From an uncultured Methylomirabilota bacterium (GTDB taxonomy: Bacteria; Methylomirabilota; Methylomirabilia; Methylomirabilales; 2-02-FULL-66-22): a stretch of 64,000 nt of DNA. The notes under the pieces are model-generated. The model had not been told where the DNA came from and did not search any database. It saw only the letters and a program-made list of their open reading frames with translations. The position numbers were made by a program, and so were the translations under genes. Shown here piece by piece: positions 31,751-41,517 of this stretch. The stretch spans positions 1,568,001 through 1,632,000 of the forward strand of contig OY970067.1 in the NCBI GenBank assembly GCA_963705305.1, in the 5' to 3' direction. Within the stretch, counting starts at the first letter, position 1; every line of letters starts with the position of its first letter.

Positions 31751-32722
31751 ATGAGTCAGTCACAAGCCCCACCATATGAGACGGTGTTGGTAGCACCGTC
31801 CCACGGGGTGGAGCGTAAGGGAGTTTCGGAGCAAAGTCAAGCGGGGACCATCCTCGATGGGGGTGGTCCCTGTGCTGTTCCTGGGGCCGGGGCCGTAGGC
31901 CCCGCTTCACTTGATAAAGATAGTCATAAGTCGAAACATATCCCCTGGTCTCGTCGCCAAAAGCGCATCTATCAGCGTGTCCAATCCCTTTTGAGCTATT
32001 GGGGTGCGCATGGCTTCATGGTGCGCTGGGTGATGCTGTCCACGGCCCCTGGAGGCAATGCGGATCAATTGGCGAATCATCATGATCGCCTCTTGAAGCG
32101 AATCGAGCGCGAGTTCGGCTTCCCGGGCATCCAACATTTCTTCGTGCGAACGCGAGAGGGGCACGGCGTCCTGCATTGCCTGTGGGCGTGGCGCGGGGCC
32201 TACCCCTTCTACGTCCCGCAAGCCTGGCTGTCGGAGGAGTGGGCGCGCCTCCACGGGGCCGAGGTCGTCTGGATCAAGAAAGTGAGGACGGGATACCGGG
32301 GCCGGAGGGGGCTGAGTCGCTACGTGGTGGGCCAGTACGTCGCGGATCAATGCGGGTTGGTGTCGATGGGCTGGTCCTGGCAGAAAACGTTCGGCTTCCC
32401 GTACGTCCAGGTTTGGGCGCGCTTTCGACGGGTCATGCGGGATCGCCCGTACCGCGAGACGGTGGATCGCTGGTCGGACATGATGGAGGGCAAGGAAATC
32501 CTCCTACCGGATGGGCGGCTGTTCCATTTGGGCAACCTGGGCGAGTTGGTGGGCGTCTCGGCCTGGGAGAAGCGAGCCAGAGGGCGCGGGGCGGTGGCGC
32601 GGCTCTGGGAAGATGTGCAGGTATTCGGGAAGCGGGCCAGAGATACCCATCCGGAGACAATCGCCAAACCTAGGGCTTCGCAGAGGCGCAGGCGGGCAAG
32701 TGCAAGCGTGGATGCGCGGTGA
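31751..32722 (+). CDS. rep: HUH rolling-circle replication initiator (Rep)
   Basis: Motif I WVMLST, motif II EGHGVLHCLW, motif III YVVGQYVADQ (two Tyr); GGAGGTG RBS. Confidence 0.75.
   Translation: MSQSQAPPYETVLVAPSHGVERKGVSEQSQAGTILDGGGPCAVPGAGAVGPASLDKDSHKSKHIPWSRRQKRIYQRVQSLLSYWGAHGFMVRWVMLSTAPGGNADQLANHHDRLLKRIEREFGFPGIQHFFVRTREGHGVLHCLWAWRGAYPFYVPQAWLSEEWARLHGAEVVWIKKVRTGYRGRRGLSRYVVGQYVADQCGLVSMGWSWQKTFGFPYVQVWARFRRVMRDRPYRETVDRWSDMMEGKEILLPDGRLFHLGNLGELVGVSAWEKRARGRGAVARLWEDVQVFGKRARDTHPETIAKPRASQRRRRASASVDAR
31889..31920 (+). other. Candidate double-strand origin (nick site)
   Basis: Hairpin GGGGCC-gta-GGCCCC followed by CACTTGATAAA (CTTGATA at 31910-31916). Confidence 0.6.
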
Positions 32723-32725
32723 GGC

Positions 32726-32872
32726 GTGGGCGTGGGTGAGGACCAGACCATAGGGTTCTGGCGCTGCGTGAGACTCCCGGAGCCGTGGCCCTTGACGGCT
32801 GGGTCGTTCCTCCGCATACTCTGGACGGGCGAAGACGTGGTCGTGGCCCGGGCCGGAGGACCGAGGCGATGA
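32726..32872 (+). CDS. Small protein (48 aa), possibly AbrB-like
   Basis: Fills the rep-int gap with ATGA overlap onto the integrase; VRLPEPWPLTAGSFLRILWTGEDVVV. Confidence 0.35.
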   Translation: MGVGEDQTIGFWRCVRLPEPWPLTAGSFLRILWTGEDVVVARAGGPRR

Positions 32873-33810
32873 CCCAACGCTTAGTCGAGCTCGTCGAGCA
32901 GTTCTGTCAGTACCAGTTGAGGCAGCGGGGCAAGGCCGCGCGGGGCGTGCAGACGTACCGATGGACCCTGGAGCACTTCTGCAAGTTCGTCCAGGCCCAG
33001 GAGCATCGGTTGGCGCGGATCACGGATCTGAGCGTTAGCATGATTCAGGCGTGGATGGACGACATGGCCGGATCGAACCTCGCCCTGGAGACCTTGCGCA
33101 GCCGGCAGGCCAGCGTGTCGAGTTTCTGCAAGTGGCTGGTCAAGCGCCAGGTGCTCCCGACGAATCCGGTGGACCAGATGGAGCGCCCGCCCCATCGGCG
33201 GAGCGTGCCGGCGGTGCCGGGACCGGACATCATGGATGACTTGGTGCGCGCCGTTATCGAACGGGGCCATGCCCGGGATGTGGCCATCTTCCTCTTGCTG
33301 CGCTACACGGGCATGCGGCGGGAGGCGGTGGCATCCCTGCGCGTCGGGCATCTGGAGGGCGAGTGGGGACTGCGGGGCGTCCTGAACAAGGGGCAGAAGA
33401 TGCAAGACATCCCCGTGCCGGCGGTGGTGATGCGCTTCCTTGCCGCGTACGTCGAGCGGGTGCTCGCGGTGGAGTGTGGGAGCGTGACGCCGGAGACTCC
33501 GTTGTTCTGGTCGGCCTGGGGGCGGAAGGGCGTGGGGAAGATGCGCCAGCCGATGACGGGCAAGAACATCTGGCGCTTGTGCAAGGTGTACGGGGCCCGG
33601 ATCGGCTACCCGGCGCTGAAGCCTCACGACCTGCGGCACGGCGTGGCCATGGAAGTCCTGGCCCAGCGGAACAACCTGGAAGAGGTGCGGGCGCTCTTGG
33701 GGCATGCCCGGATCGACACGACGCAAATCTATACGATGATCCGGCCCCCGCAACTCAAGCAGGCCGTCACGTTTTACGAAGAACGAGCCTTGAAGATGTT
33801 GGAAGCGTAA
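32869..33810 (+). CDS. Tyrosine recombinase/integrase
   Basis: YTGMR, HDLRH, LLGH, TTQIY catalytic motifs; N-terminal core-binding domain. Confidence 0.95.
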   Translation: MTQRLVELVEQFCQYQLRQRGKAARGVQTYRWTLEHFCKFVQAQEHRLARITDLSVSMIQAWMDDMAGSNLALETLRSRQASVSSFCKWLVKRQVLPTNPVDQMERPPHRRSVPAVPGPDIMDDLVRAVIERGHARDVAIFLLLRYTGMRREAVASLRVGHLEGEWGLRGVLNKGQKMQDIPVPAVVMRFLAAYVERVLAVECGSVTPETPLFWSAWGRKGVGKMRQPMTGKNIWRLCKVYGARIGYPALKPHDLRHGVAMEVLAQRNNLEEVRALLGHARIDTTQIYTMIRPPQLKQAVTFYEERALKMLEA

Positions 33811-33887
33811 GCACGGGAGCAAATGTGGTTTGAGGAACAAACCGATGTTCCTCGAACCCGATGCGGTAACTACTGGAAAACAAGGGG

Positions 33888-33915
33888 GGTGTCCCCAGGC
33901 GGAATCCAACCCGCG
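33888..33915 (-). repeat. Degenerate tRNA-Glu 3'-end fragment (att-like), copy B
   Basis: GGTGTCCCCAGGCGGAATCCAACCCGCG; 24/28 match to 50020-50047. Confidence 0.7.
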
Positions 33916-33975
33916 GGATTCTGTCGAAATTCAATGTTCTTGAGGAGATACGTCCAGAGGCGAATCTTCGTCGAA

Positions 33976-34315
33976 GGGATACCATTTATATATACGTCGT
34001 ATGACTCCAGGGGGATTTTCTCCATGGATACAACCTCCTGTAAGACCGCCCCGTAGGCCAGCTCCCCCGAAACTCGTACGTCCACGTGCCGGTTTCGAGT
34101 TCGACAGGGCGGAACGTCACGCGGTCCGCCAAGAGTCGCTTCAACACCTGCCGGATCTGCGGCACGTCGCCCCGGAGGAGGGCGGCGAAGCGGCCGGGTC
34201 CCGCGCCATGTCGCGCTTGATCCGCTTCAGGTCAAGGACGCCGAGGGCCGGACCGACCGCGAGGCGGGCGAGGTCGCCCTCGATCTCCGCGACCAGGGCC
34301 GCCGGGCCCGTCATG
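33976..34315 (-). pseudogene. C-terminal remnant of a large serine recombinase
   Basis: Frameshifted pieces LVAEIEGDLARL..LDLKRIKRD / RFAALLRGDVPQIRQVLKRLLADRVTFRPVE..YEFRG, typical of LSR tails. Confidence 0.6.
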
Positions 34316-35009
34316 CGCGCGCTTGGTCGGACAGCCTCCTGTAATCCTCGGCGAAGGCCCGCTGGGCGATGCGGAAGATGCTGTCGGTGATGAAGAAGGC
34401 GGCGAAGACATCGATGGAATAGTGCAGGTGGCCGAACAGGACGGCGAGTGCGAAGAGGACTGACGAGCCGAGGAATATCCACCGCAGGATCCGGTTCTCC
34501 CAGAAAGTCAGGGCCAGCAGGAAGGGAAACCCTGTGTGGCCGGAGAAGAAGAGATCACCCGCGAAGGTGAGATCGCTCATGATCCGATTCGGATCGAGGA
34601 TCGCCTCATGCGCGGGGGGCCCGAGGTGGGTGAGAATCACGAAGAAGGACCGGATGACGATGAACAGGCTCAGGACCTTCAGGGTGAACGGCACAGTCCG
34701 CGGCTTGGCGAGCAGGATCCCCACTACGAACAGCCAAAACACAAACGCCCCATCGATGAAGATGAGGTCCACAGGCAGCGTCGGAACCCGATCGAGGACG
34801 AGGTCGTGCACCGCCCTGCCGGCATGGAGCGAGGCGTACGTGCCGGCCGCATAGTTGACCACCAGGCTGCCGGCCAGACCCAAGACTCCCTGGAGGAGGG
34901 AGGCCCGGAACCAGTGATCCCCCCAACAACCCCGGTATTCGGCCAGGGTGGTCCGCACGAAGACCCGGGGATCGGTCTCCCCAAACCAGGCCATGTCATG
35001 CCCCCTCAC
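34311..35009 (-). CDS. PAP2-related membrane protein (sphingomyelin-synthase-like C-terminus)
   Basis: DLFFSGHT and HLHYSIDV motifs; ~6 TMs. Confidence 0.85.
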   Translation of the reverse strand: MRGHDMAWFGETDPRVFVRTTLAEYRGCWGDHWFRASLLQGVLGLAGSLVVNYAAGTYASLHAGRAVHDLVLDRVPTLPVDLIFIDGAFVFWLFVVGILLAKPRTVPFTLKVLSLFIVIRSFFVILTHLGPPAHEAILDPNRIMSDLTFAGDLFFSGHTGFPFLLALTFWENRILRWIFLGSSVLFALAVLFGHLHYSIDVFAAFFITDSIFRIAQRAFAEDYRRLSDQARA

Positions 35010-36358
35010 TGCCCACCGGGGACCCCGTTCCCTTCCGTCTTTTCACGGCCTCCGGGTGGCCCGGGGTTCTGCCCCGCCTCGCGTCGCCCCAGGAGCGCCA
35101 ACCCGTCCAAGATGACCGTATAGTTCCCCTCGTACCAGTAGATCAGCGCCCAGAGAATGAGGAGCCCGCCTGCGAAGCCTCCGAGGACGTCCGTGGGCCA
35201 ATTCGCCCCCAGGGCCACTCGGCTGATCCCAATGGCGAGGACGAGAAGGCTCGCTCCCACTTGGGATGGCCGCTCCCAGGCTGGCCAGAGGCGGCCCGTC
35301 AGATAGGCAGCCATGCCGTATGTCGCCGTGGCCACCAGGGCATGGCCGCTCGGAAAGCTGTAGTGGTTGAGGTGGACCAGGACGTCCCACAGGCTCGGGT
35401 GGGTCCGTTGGACGGTGTAGAGGAGGATCAGGGTGACGGCTTCAGCGGTCCCGGCCGCGGCCAGGAGGCCGAGCGCCTCCCGGCGGGCCCCGCGCTTCGC
35501 CAGGAGCCAGGTTCCGCCGGCCACCAGAAGGAGCACGGCGGGAAGCGAGCCCAGGGCGCTCCCCACCTGGGCCAGAACGGTGAGGATGGAGTCGCTCGGG
35601 ACGTGAAGGAGGTGGAGGAGGACCCGGTCGAAGCGACTGGACTCCCCCGTGACCACATCCTCGATAACCTTGCTGAAGAGGGAAAGGGCCGTGAGGTTGG
35701 CGAGGAGAATGACCCCCTCGCGGCGGCCAAGGGCACGGGGGAGGACGGCGGCCACCGCCCGCCGGAGGGTTCGCGTGTGGTGCAGCATGACGGTGAGTAG
35801 CAGGGCGAGCCCCCCGACACTCAGGGCGAGGAGTCCGCCGACGCCCACCCACTTCTCCAGCAGGTGCCAGCTCGCCCCGAAGAAGAAGCCGAGCAGGCTC
35901 ATCGCCACGGCCCACCGGAAGGCCCCGGCGGCGTTGTAGATTGCAAACATGCGCCAGCGCATGCCGGAGAGCCCGGCGAAGAGCGCCGCGACCACGCGAA
36001 GCCCCGAGACGAAGCGGGCAAAGAGGATGGTCTTGTCGCCGTGCCGCTCGAAGAAGGCCTCGGCAGCCCGCAGCCGCGGCGGGGTCAGGAGGAGGAACCG
36101 GCCGCGGCGGGTGAGGAAGGGCCGGGCGACCTTCTCGCCCAGCAGGTACCCCAGGTTGTCCCCGAGGATCGCCCCCGCGGTGGCAAGCAGGACAACCAGG
36201 CCCAGGCTGAAATGTCCTTGCGAGGCGAAGAAGCCGGCCGCCAGCAGGATCGTTTCGCCCGGGAGGGGAATGCCCGCGTTCTCTGCCATGACACCGAGGA
36301 AGACCGCCACGTAGCCGAAGCGGAGAAACAGCTGCAGAAGAGCCTCGAGGAGATTCAT
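35006..36358 (-). CDS. Bifunctional DedA + PAP2 protein
   Basis: ENAGIPLPGE, GDNLGY, ARFVSGLR (DedA); YSFPSGH, SRVALGANWPTDV (PAP2; the last catalytic His appears as Asn). Confidence 0.93.
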   Translation of the reverse strand: MNLLEALLQLFLRFGYVAVFLGVMAENAGIPLPGETILLAAGFFASQGHFSLGLVVLLATAGAILGDNLGYLLGEKVARPFLTRRGRFLLLTPPRLRAAEAFFERHGDKTILFARFVSGLRVVAALFAGLSGMRWRMFAIYNAAGAFRWAVAMSLLGFFFGASWHLLEKWVGVGGLLALSVGGLALLLTVMLHHTRTLRRAVAAVLPRALGRREGVILLANLTALSLFSKVIEDVVTGESSRFDRVLLHLLHVPSDSILTVLAQVGSALGSLPAVLLLVAGGTWLLAKRGARREALGLLAAAGTAEAVTLILLYTVQRTHPSLWDVLVHLNHYSFPSGHALVATATYGMAAYLTGRLWPAWERPSQVGASLLVLAIGISRVALGANWPTDVLGGFAGGLLILWALIYWYEGNYTVILDGLALLGRREAGQNPGPPGGREKTEGNGVPGGQ

Positions 36359-36954
36359 GGCCTCCGTTTCCATCCCCGGCCGGCGGCGAGCCACTCACAC
36401 GCGGCGTCGGTCCACTTGGCGGCCAAGTTCACCAGCGGACGCACCCATGGGTCCCCTCTGGGAATTCCCCCGCCCACCGCGCCACCGATGAGCGCCCCGC
36501 CGAGGACATCCAGGGGGTAATGGGTGCCCACAAAGACCCGGGCGACCCCCAGAAGGATGCCCAGACCCAACAATCCTACGCCGAGCCTCCGGTGGGTTCG
36601 AGCGAGGGCCACAGCGATGGCGAAGGCCGCCAGGGTATGATCGGAGGGAAACGAGGGGTCGGCAGTCCGCGGGATCAAGAGATGGACGGTGTGGGTGGCA
36701 AAGGGGCGCGGCCGAGGATAGAACCAGATGATCACCTGCCCAAGGCCCAAAGCCACCGCGGCCGCCGCCAAGGCGCGGCCGACCGCCAGGCGGTCCAACG
36801 CTCTCTGGGCTCCGTGCCCGTGCACGCCCCAGAGCCACACGAGGAGGACGGCGTACAGCAGCGGGGCGTAGACCGCAATCCCGACGAGGGGGCGATCGAG
36901 CCAAGCCGGCCGGCCCGCCAGATCATTGATGAGTCGGAATATGGTGTAATCCAT
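36355..36954 (-). CDS. Undecaprenyl-diphosphatase, PAP2/BcrC-like
   Basis: RPRPF, SFPSDH, ARVFVGTHYPLDV. Confidence 0.92.
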   Translation of the reverse strand: MDYTIFRLINDLAGRPAWLDRPLVGIAVYAPLLYAVLLVWLWGVHGHGAQRALDRLAVGRALAAAAVALGLGQVIIWFYPRPRPFATHTVHLLIPRTADPSFPSDHTLAAFAIAVALARTHRRLGVGLLGLGILLGVARVFVGTHYPLDVLGGALIGGAVGGGIPRGDPWVRPLVNLAAKWTDAACEWLAAGRGWKRRP

Positions 36955-37199
36955 CGGTGCTCCTGGCGGGAGCCGGCTTGGTCACGCTGCCCCCCGAGGC
37001 CGGTGCGTCTCGAGGGGAGATGCCAGACCGCCTCGCCCCCATTTCGTAATCGATGGGCGGCAACCTTCACAAGGACACAGGAGGCTGCCCCTCGGCCCGG
37101 GGAACAACAGAGTGAGCATGTGCTCCCGGGACTCGGGGCCAGGAGAGAGACGAGCGCGGCGGATCGCCCCTCTAGGGTCGGCCCCGGTCGTGCGGTTTC

Positions 37200-37445
37200 T
37201 CAACGGAGGAGGGCAAAGGCGACGACCGCGACGAGTCCGACCCCCGCGAGGGCGACCGCCACCCCCACGAAGAGGATCATCCTCCGGAGTGTCCGGAGCA
37301 GCCGCTCCCCCTCGAGCAGGTAGTCCTCTGCGTGCTGCTCGATCATCTCCCACACGTGGTCAACGCGCGGCTCCCGATCGCGCGGAGGCTCTCCCGTGTC
37401 GCCGCCCACGCGTGTCTGTTTCTCCTCCCAGCCCTTGATGACCAT
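37200..37445 (-). CDS. Small protein with C-terminal TM helix
   Basis: GGGAGAG RBS-like; hydrophobic C-terminus. Confidence 0.5.
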   Translation of the reverse strand: MVIKGWEEKQTRVGGDTGEPPRDREPRVDHVWEMIEQHAEDYLLEGERLLRTLRRMILFVGVAVALAGVGLVAVVAFALLR

Positions 37446-37519
37446 CGGACACTCTCCCGTCCCGAGTCGGCCCCCAAAGATCCCCGGGCCGCATCGGTGG
37501 TGAAGTCACCCGGACCCCG

Positions 37520-38012
37520 TCACCTGGACGCTTCGAGAATCGCTCGCCGAGCCCCTCGGGTCTCCGCGATCGGCTCCAGGGTGGCTCCCAGCCCCACAAC
37601 CGAGGCGCCAAGCAGCACGACCTCCCCCGCGAACGGAGTCACCCCCGCGCAGGCGACGACCCCTACGAGTATCCCCCGCATCCTGGCGGGAAGGCGTCCC
37701 GGCTCCCAAACCCAGGCGAGGACCATGGCCCGCCCCCAGGACCGCCTCCCCTCCGATAAGGGAGAAGAGGAGGAAACCCACGGGAAGTCCGATGACCGTC
37801 AGGCTTGCTGCGGGGGCGGCCCTGCCGAGAAGGGCTGCCCACAGGAGACCCAGCCCCATCCCGCGGACGGGGCGCGCGCTCAGTCGTCTAACTTGACGGG
37901 CCACGACGGCTATGGGGGCCGAGTGCCAGGCAGGCATTCCGGCGGCGATTAACAGGGCGAGACGAAGAAGGAGAAGAGCGGCGAGGACAATCCTCGGGTG
38001 AGCAAGGCTCAC
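37520..38012 (-). pseudogene. Degenerate multi-TM membrane protein fragment
   Basis: Hydrophobic segments (LTVIGLPVG; VVGLGATL) split across two frames. Confidence 0.4.
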
Positions 38013-38100
38013 CGTCTCGACAACCGCCGGCGATACCGCCGTGATGGACTCTCGGCCTCGGACCGCGGCGGGGAACTCGTTCGCTCCCTGAGCCGCGCTG

Positions 38101-38158
38101 ATAGGATAACCGCAGAGCCTTGCATGGACATTACCCGGGTATTACATCGGTGTAAAGG
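38101..38158 (-). promoter_or_regulatory. Cop-box-like operator/promoter copy 1
   Basis: Minus strand TTTACAccgaTGTAATacccgGGTAATgtccaTGCAAG. Confidence 0.8.
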
Positions 38159-38652
38159 ATGGGGTGGTCGGGGGCCCGGAGAGAGGTGCTCAGCGGGCAG
38201 AGGCGGGGGCAGCGGAGGGTGAGGCGCCAGCCAGGCCCGCATGGCATTCTGGAAATGCGGCCCCGCATCGGGAACGGTCGGCGCTTCGCTTGTAGCCATG
38301 CGGGGACAGCCTCACCGGCTGAGCTGACGGGTGACGGTCGATAGATGTTTTGGCTGCCAGAACAAAGCGTCTCATGATTCCTGTCCATGGATTCTCGAGC
38401 AGCCCCGCCAAGCCTTAAATCAACGAAATCGGGAGGCTGAGTGACGGACCACCAAGCGCCGAGGGCTTTGGGCGCTGGCCGCAGGGCGTCCATCCGGCAG
38501 CCTCGCGGTCTGGCGCCGGAGTCTCTCGAGGCCATCTCTCGACAACTTGAACCTGGAAAGTGCAGCCTCTCGGGGGTATAAATGTGTCAGGAGAGATCCC
38601 CGGGCGTGGGCGCTGACTCCACTGAGGTCGGAAGGAAGCAAGCGGGAGGGGT

Positions 38653-39333
38653 GTGCCGGTGCGAGTCCTGGTCGTGGAAGACGACCGGAAGATCGCGTCG
38701 TTCATCGTGAAAGGCCTGGAACAGGCAGGTTTCGCCGTGGACCATTCGGACAATGGCGAGGACGGCCTACACCTGGCCCTCACCGAACCGTACGACGCCG
38801 CCGTCATCGACATCATGCTACCCAAGCTGGATGGCCTAGCCATTATCGAAGAGATGCGGCGAAATAAGATCCGCACCCCCGTGATCATCCTGAGCGCCAA
38901 GCGCTCGGTGGATGATCGAATCAAGGGCTTGCAGACCGGGAGTGACGATTACCTGACGAAGCCCTTCGCCTTCTCCGAGTTCCTGGCGCGCCTCCAGGCC
39001 CTGATCCGGCGAGCGACCGGCGCCACCGAGCCCACGCGTCTGGTGGCGGGGGATCTCGTGATGGATCTCACCAGCCGGAAGGTCACGCGGGCGGGCCGAC
39101 CCGTCGAGTTGCAGGCACGGGAGTTCTCCCTTCTGGAGTATTTGATGCGGAATGCTGATCGCCCCGTGTCGAAGACCATGATCCTAGAGCACGTCTGGGA
39201 GTACAGCTTTGACCCGCAGACGAATATCGTGGACGTGCTGGTTTGCCGATTGCGGAATAAGGTGGATCGGGATTTTCCGAGCAAGATGATTCAGACCATT
39301 CGGGGTGTGGGCTATGTCCTTAAAGGAACTTAG
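38653..39333 (+). CDS. OmpR-family response regulator (CusR/CopR/CzcR-like)
   Basis: VVEDD, DIMLP, DDYLTKPF, winged helix QTIRGVGY. Confidence 0.96.
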   Translation: MPVRVLVVEDDRKIASFIVKGLEQAGFAVDHSDNGEDGLHLALTEPYDAAVIDIMLPKLDGLAIIEEMRRNKIRTPVIILSAKRSVDDRIKGLQTGSDDYLTKPFAFSEFLARLQALIRRATGATEPTRLVAGDLVMDLTSRKVTRAGRPVELQAREFSLLEYLMRNADRPVSKTMILEHVWEYSFDPQTNIVDVLVCRLRNKVDRDFPSKMIQTIRGVGYVLKGT

Positions 39334-40723
39334 CCGACTGCGGAAGACCATCGGGTTTCACCTGACCGCCTGGTATACGGCCTTTTTCATCCTCAGCGCG
39401 GCGGCGCTTTTTGGTCTTGCCTACTTTCTCCTGGCGTCTTCCCTCCAGACCAACGACCGGGAGAGCATTCACGTAAAGCTCACGGAACTGGTTGCCCAAT
39501 ATACGCAGGACGGCCTCGGTGGCCTCAAGGAGTCCCTGGCAACGCAGGGACGCCAAGGGACGGGCCCCTTTTTCGTCCGCGCGGCCGGACCGCAGAACAA
39601 CACGCTCCTCTTGCAGATTCCCAGGCAATGGGCAGATTTCGAGCTCCAGAAACTGGAGCAACTCGGGAACGTGCAGGACGGAGAGTGGACGTACGTGACT
39701 GCGAAGGGTGACGACAGTCTGCTGGAGGTCCAGTCCGCTCGTCTGCCGGACGGCTCGCTCTTGCAGGTGGGGAGAAGCACGGAGGACCGGGACAGCCTCA
39801 TCGAGCATATCGGCCGGGTTGTAGCCGGCGTCATGCTGGTCATGATCGGCCTGGCCTTCGGCGGCGGGACCTTGCTGGCATTCCGTGCCCTGCGCCCGGT
39901 CCGGAGCCTGATCCGCACCGTCCGGGCCATCGAGGCGGGGAGCATGGAGGCCCGGGTGGAAATCCGGCAGGCGGGCGACGAGCTGGACGAATTGGGGCTC
40001 CTGTTCAACCGCATGCTGGACCGAATCGAGGCGTTGATCCGGGGCATGCGCGGCGCCCTGGACAACGTCGCCCACGACCTGCGGACGCCAATGGCCCGGC
40101 TGCGCGGCACGGCCGAATTCGCCTTACGGTCGCGGGAGGATCCGTCGATTTACCGAGAAGCCCTCGGGGACTGCGTGGAGGAGTCGGACCGGCTGATCAC
40201 GATGTTGAACACCCTCATGGACATTTCCGAGGCCGAGACGGGCGCACTGAAGCTGGACCTCCAGCCGGTCAACCTGGCCGTGTTGATCGAGGACGCTGTC
40301 GAGCTGTATGGGTACCTGGCAGAGGAGAAGAACATCACCATCTCCACATCCGTCCCACGGGACCTGGACGTGGCGGCCGACCGGACCCGGCTACAACAAG
40401 TCCTCGCCAATCTGCTGGACAATGCCGTCAAGTACACTCCATCGGGGGGGCGGATCACCCTCATCGCCTACCCGCAAGAGGACGAAAGCGTGATCGTCAT
40501 CGAGGATACGGGGAGCGGCATCCACCCCGACGAGCTTCCCAAGATCTGGGATCGCCTGTATCGTGGCGACCAGAGCCGCTCGCAGCGAGGCCTGGGTCTC
40601 GGCCTGAGCCTGGTCAAGGCTGTGGTCCAGGCGCACCGGGGTAGCGTTCAGGTGTGGAGCGAGCCCGGCACCGGCACACGCTTCACGCTCACCTTCCCCG
40701 CGGCTCTTGCCTCTGCCCGTTGA
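39314..40723 (+). CDS. Sensor histidine kinase (2 TM, HAMP, HisKA, HATPase)
   Basis: AHDLRTP, NLLDNAVKY, DTGSGI, GLGLGL. Confidence 0.96.
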   Translation: MSLKELSRLRKTIGFHLTAWYTAFFILSAAALFGLAYFLLASSLQTNDRESIHVKLTELVAQYTQDGLGGLKESLATQGRQGTGPFFVRAAGPQNNTLLLQIPRQWADFELQKLEQLGNVQDGEWTYVTAKGDDSLLEVQSARLPDGSLLQVGRSTEDRDSLIEHIGRVVAGVMLVMIGLAFGGGTLLAFRALRPVRSLIRTVRAIEAGSMEARVEIRQAGDELDELGLLFNRMLDRIEALIRGMRGALDNVAHDLRTPMARLRGTAEFALRSREDPSIYREALGDCVEESDRLITMLNTLMDISEAETGALKLDLQPVNLAVLIEDAVELYGYLAEEKNITISTSVPRDLDVAADRTRLQQVLANLLDNAVKYTPSGGRITLIAYPQEDESVIVIEDTGSGIHPDELPKIWDRLYRGDQSRSQRGLGLGLSLVKAVVQAHRGSVQVWSEPGTGTRFTLTFPAALASAR

Positions 40724-40759
40724 AGAACCCCTCCGAGCACCCGAGCCTCTGACCTCTGC

Positions 40760-40815
40760 CTTACACTCATGTAATGCCCGGGCAATGTCCGTGCAAGTCT
40801 CTCCGACTATCTTAT
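40760..40815 (+). promoter_or_regulatory. Cop-box-like operator/promoter copy 2
   Basis: CTTACActcaTGTAATgcccgGGCAATgtccgTGCAAG. Confidence 0.8.
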
Positions 40816-40920
40816 GCCGTGACACAGCGAGCAAACGTGCTCCCCATCGCGGCAGGGGTCGCGACCGTAAGCCGGGCCGGCGCCGGTCCGGGAAAGAAAC
40901 GGCACGAAGGAGGATCGTAC

Positions 40921-41388
40921 ATGAGTGGGAAGACGATCGGAATGGTTCTGGGTGCGGCGGTACTGGGGATTGCCTTGATCGGCGGCGGGTACGGGCCGGG
41001 GCAGGCCGGGGCCCAGGCCGCTGCCCATGCTTCCAAGGTTCAGGTAGGGGACCGGGTTCGCGAGGAGTCCCCCGTCTACACGGCCAGCATTCAGGTGAAG
41101 GACCAGGACCGCGAGGAGCAGGGCGAACGGCACGAGGAAGGGGGCGAGGCCGTCCAGCTGGCGAGTCTGGCCAAAATCGACACGACCCAGGCGATCTCGG
41201 CAGCCCTGGCCCAGGTGCCCGGGACGGTCCTCAAGACCAGCCTCGACAACGAGAACGGAAACCTCGTCTACAGCGTGGAGGTGAAGACCACGGCGAGCGA
41301 GGCCAAGGATGTGAAGGTGGATGCCGGCAACGGCAAGGTCCTGCACGTCGAGGCTGCCGGCCACGATGAGGAGGAGGGAGAGGAATAG
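40921..41388 (+). CDS. Exported PepSY-domain protein
   Basis: Signal peptide; AISAALAQVPGTV..LVYSVEV..VKVDAGNGKVL; AAGGAGG RBS. Confidence 0.9.
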   Translation: MSGKTIGMVLGAAVLGIALIGGGYGPGQAGAQAAAHASKVQVGDRVREESPVYTASIQVKDQDREEQGERHEEGGEAVQLASLAKIDTTQAISAALAQVPGTVLKTSLDNENGNLVYSVEVKTTASEAKDVKVDAGNGKVLHVEAAGHDEEEGEE

Positions 41389-41517
41389 ACCTATCCCCGG
41401 CACCCCCCGGGAGGGTCGCCTTCCTTGGGGGGTGCCTGCCGCTGCGCCCATGGGCCTTGTGTAGAAATCCCAAGCGGTCATGGGCTTCGCGAGGCGCCGG
41501 TTCGAGAGGAAGAAGCA

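Larger units (their letters stand above)
27065..33915. mobile_element. ~6.85-kb integrated rolling-circle-type element
   Basis: Flanked by direct tRNA-3'-like repeats; contains CopG-like gene, HUH Rep, tyrosine integrase and AT-rich cargo. Confidence 0.7.

Noticed and set aside
30759..33810. Filamentous prophage
   Set aside because: No Zot/pI ATPase or small TM coat-protein genes recognised.
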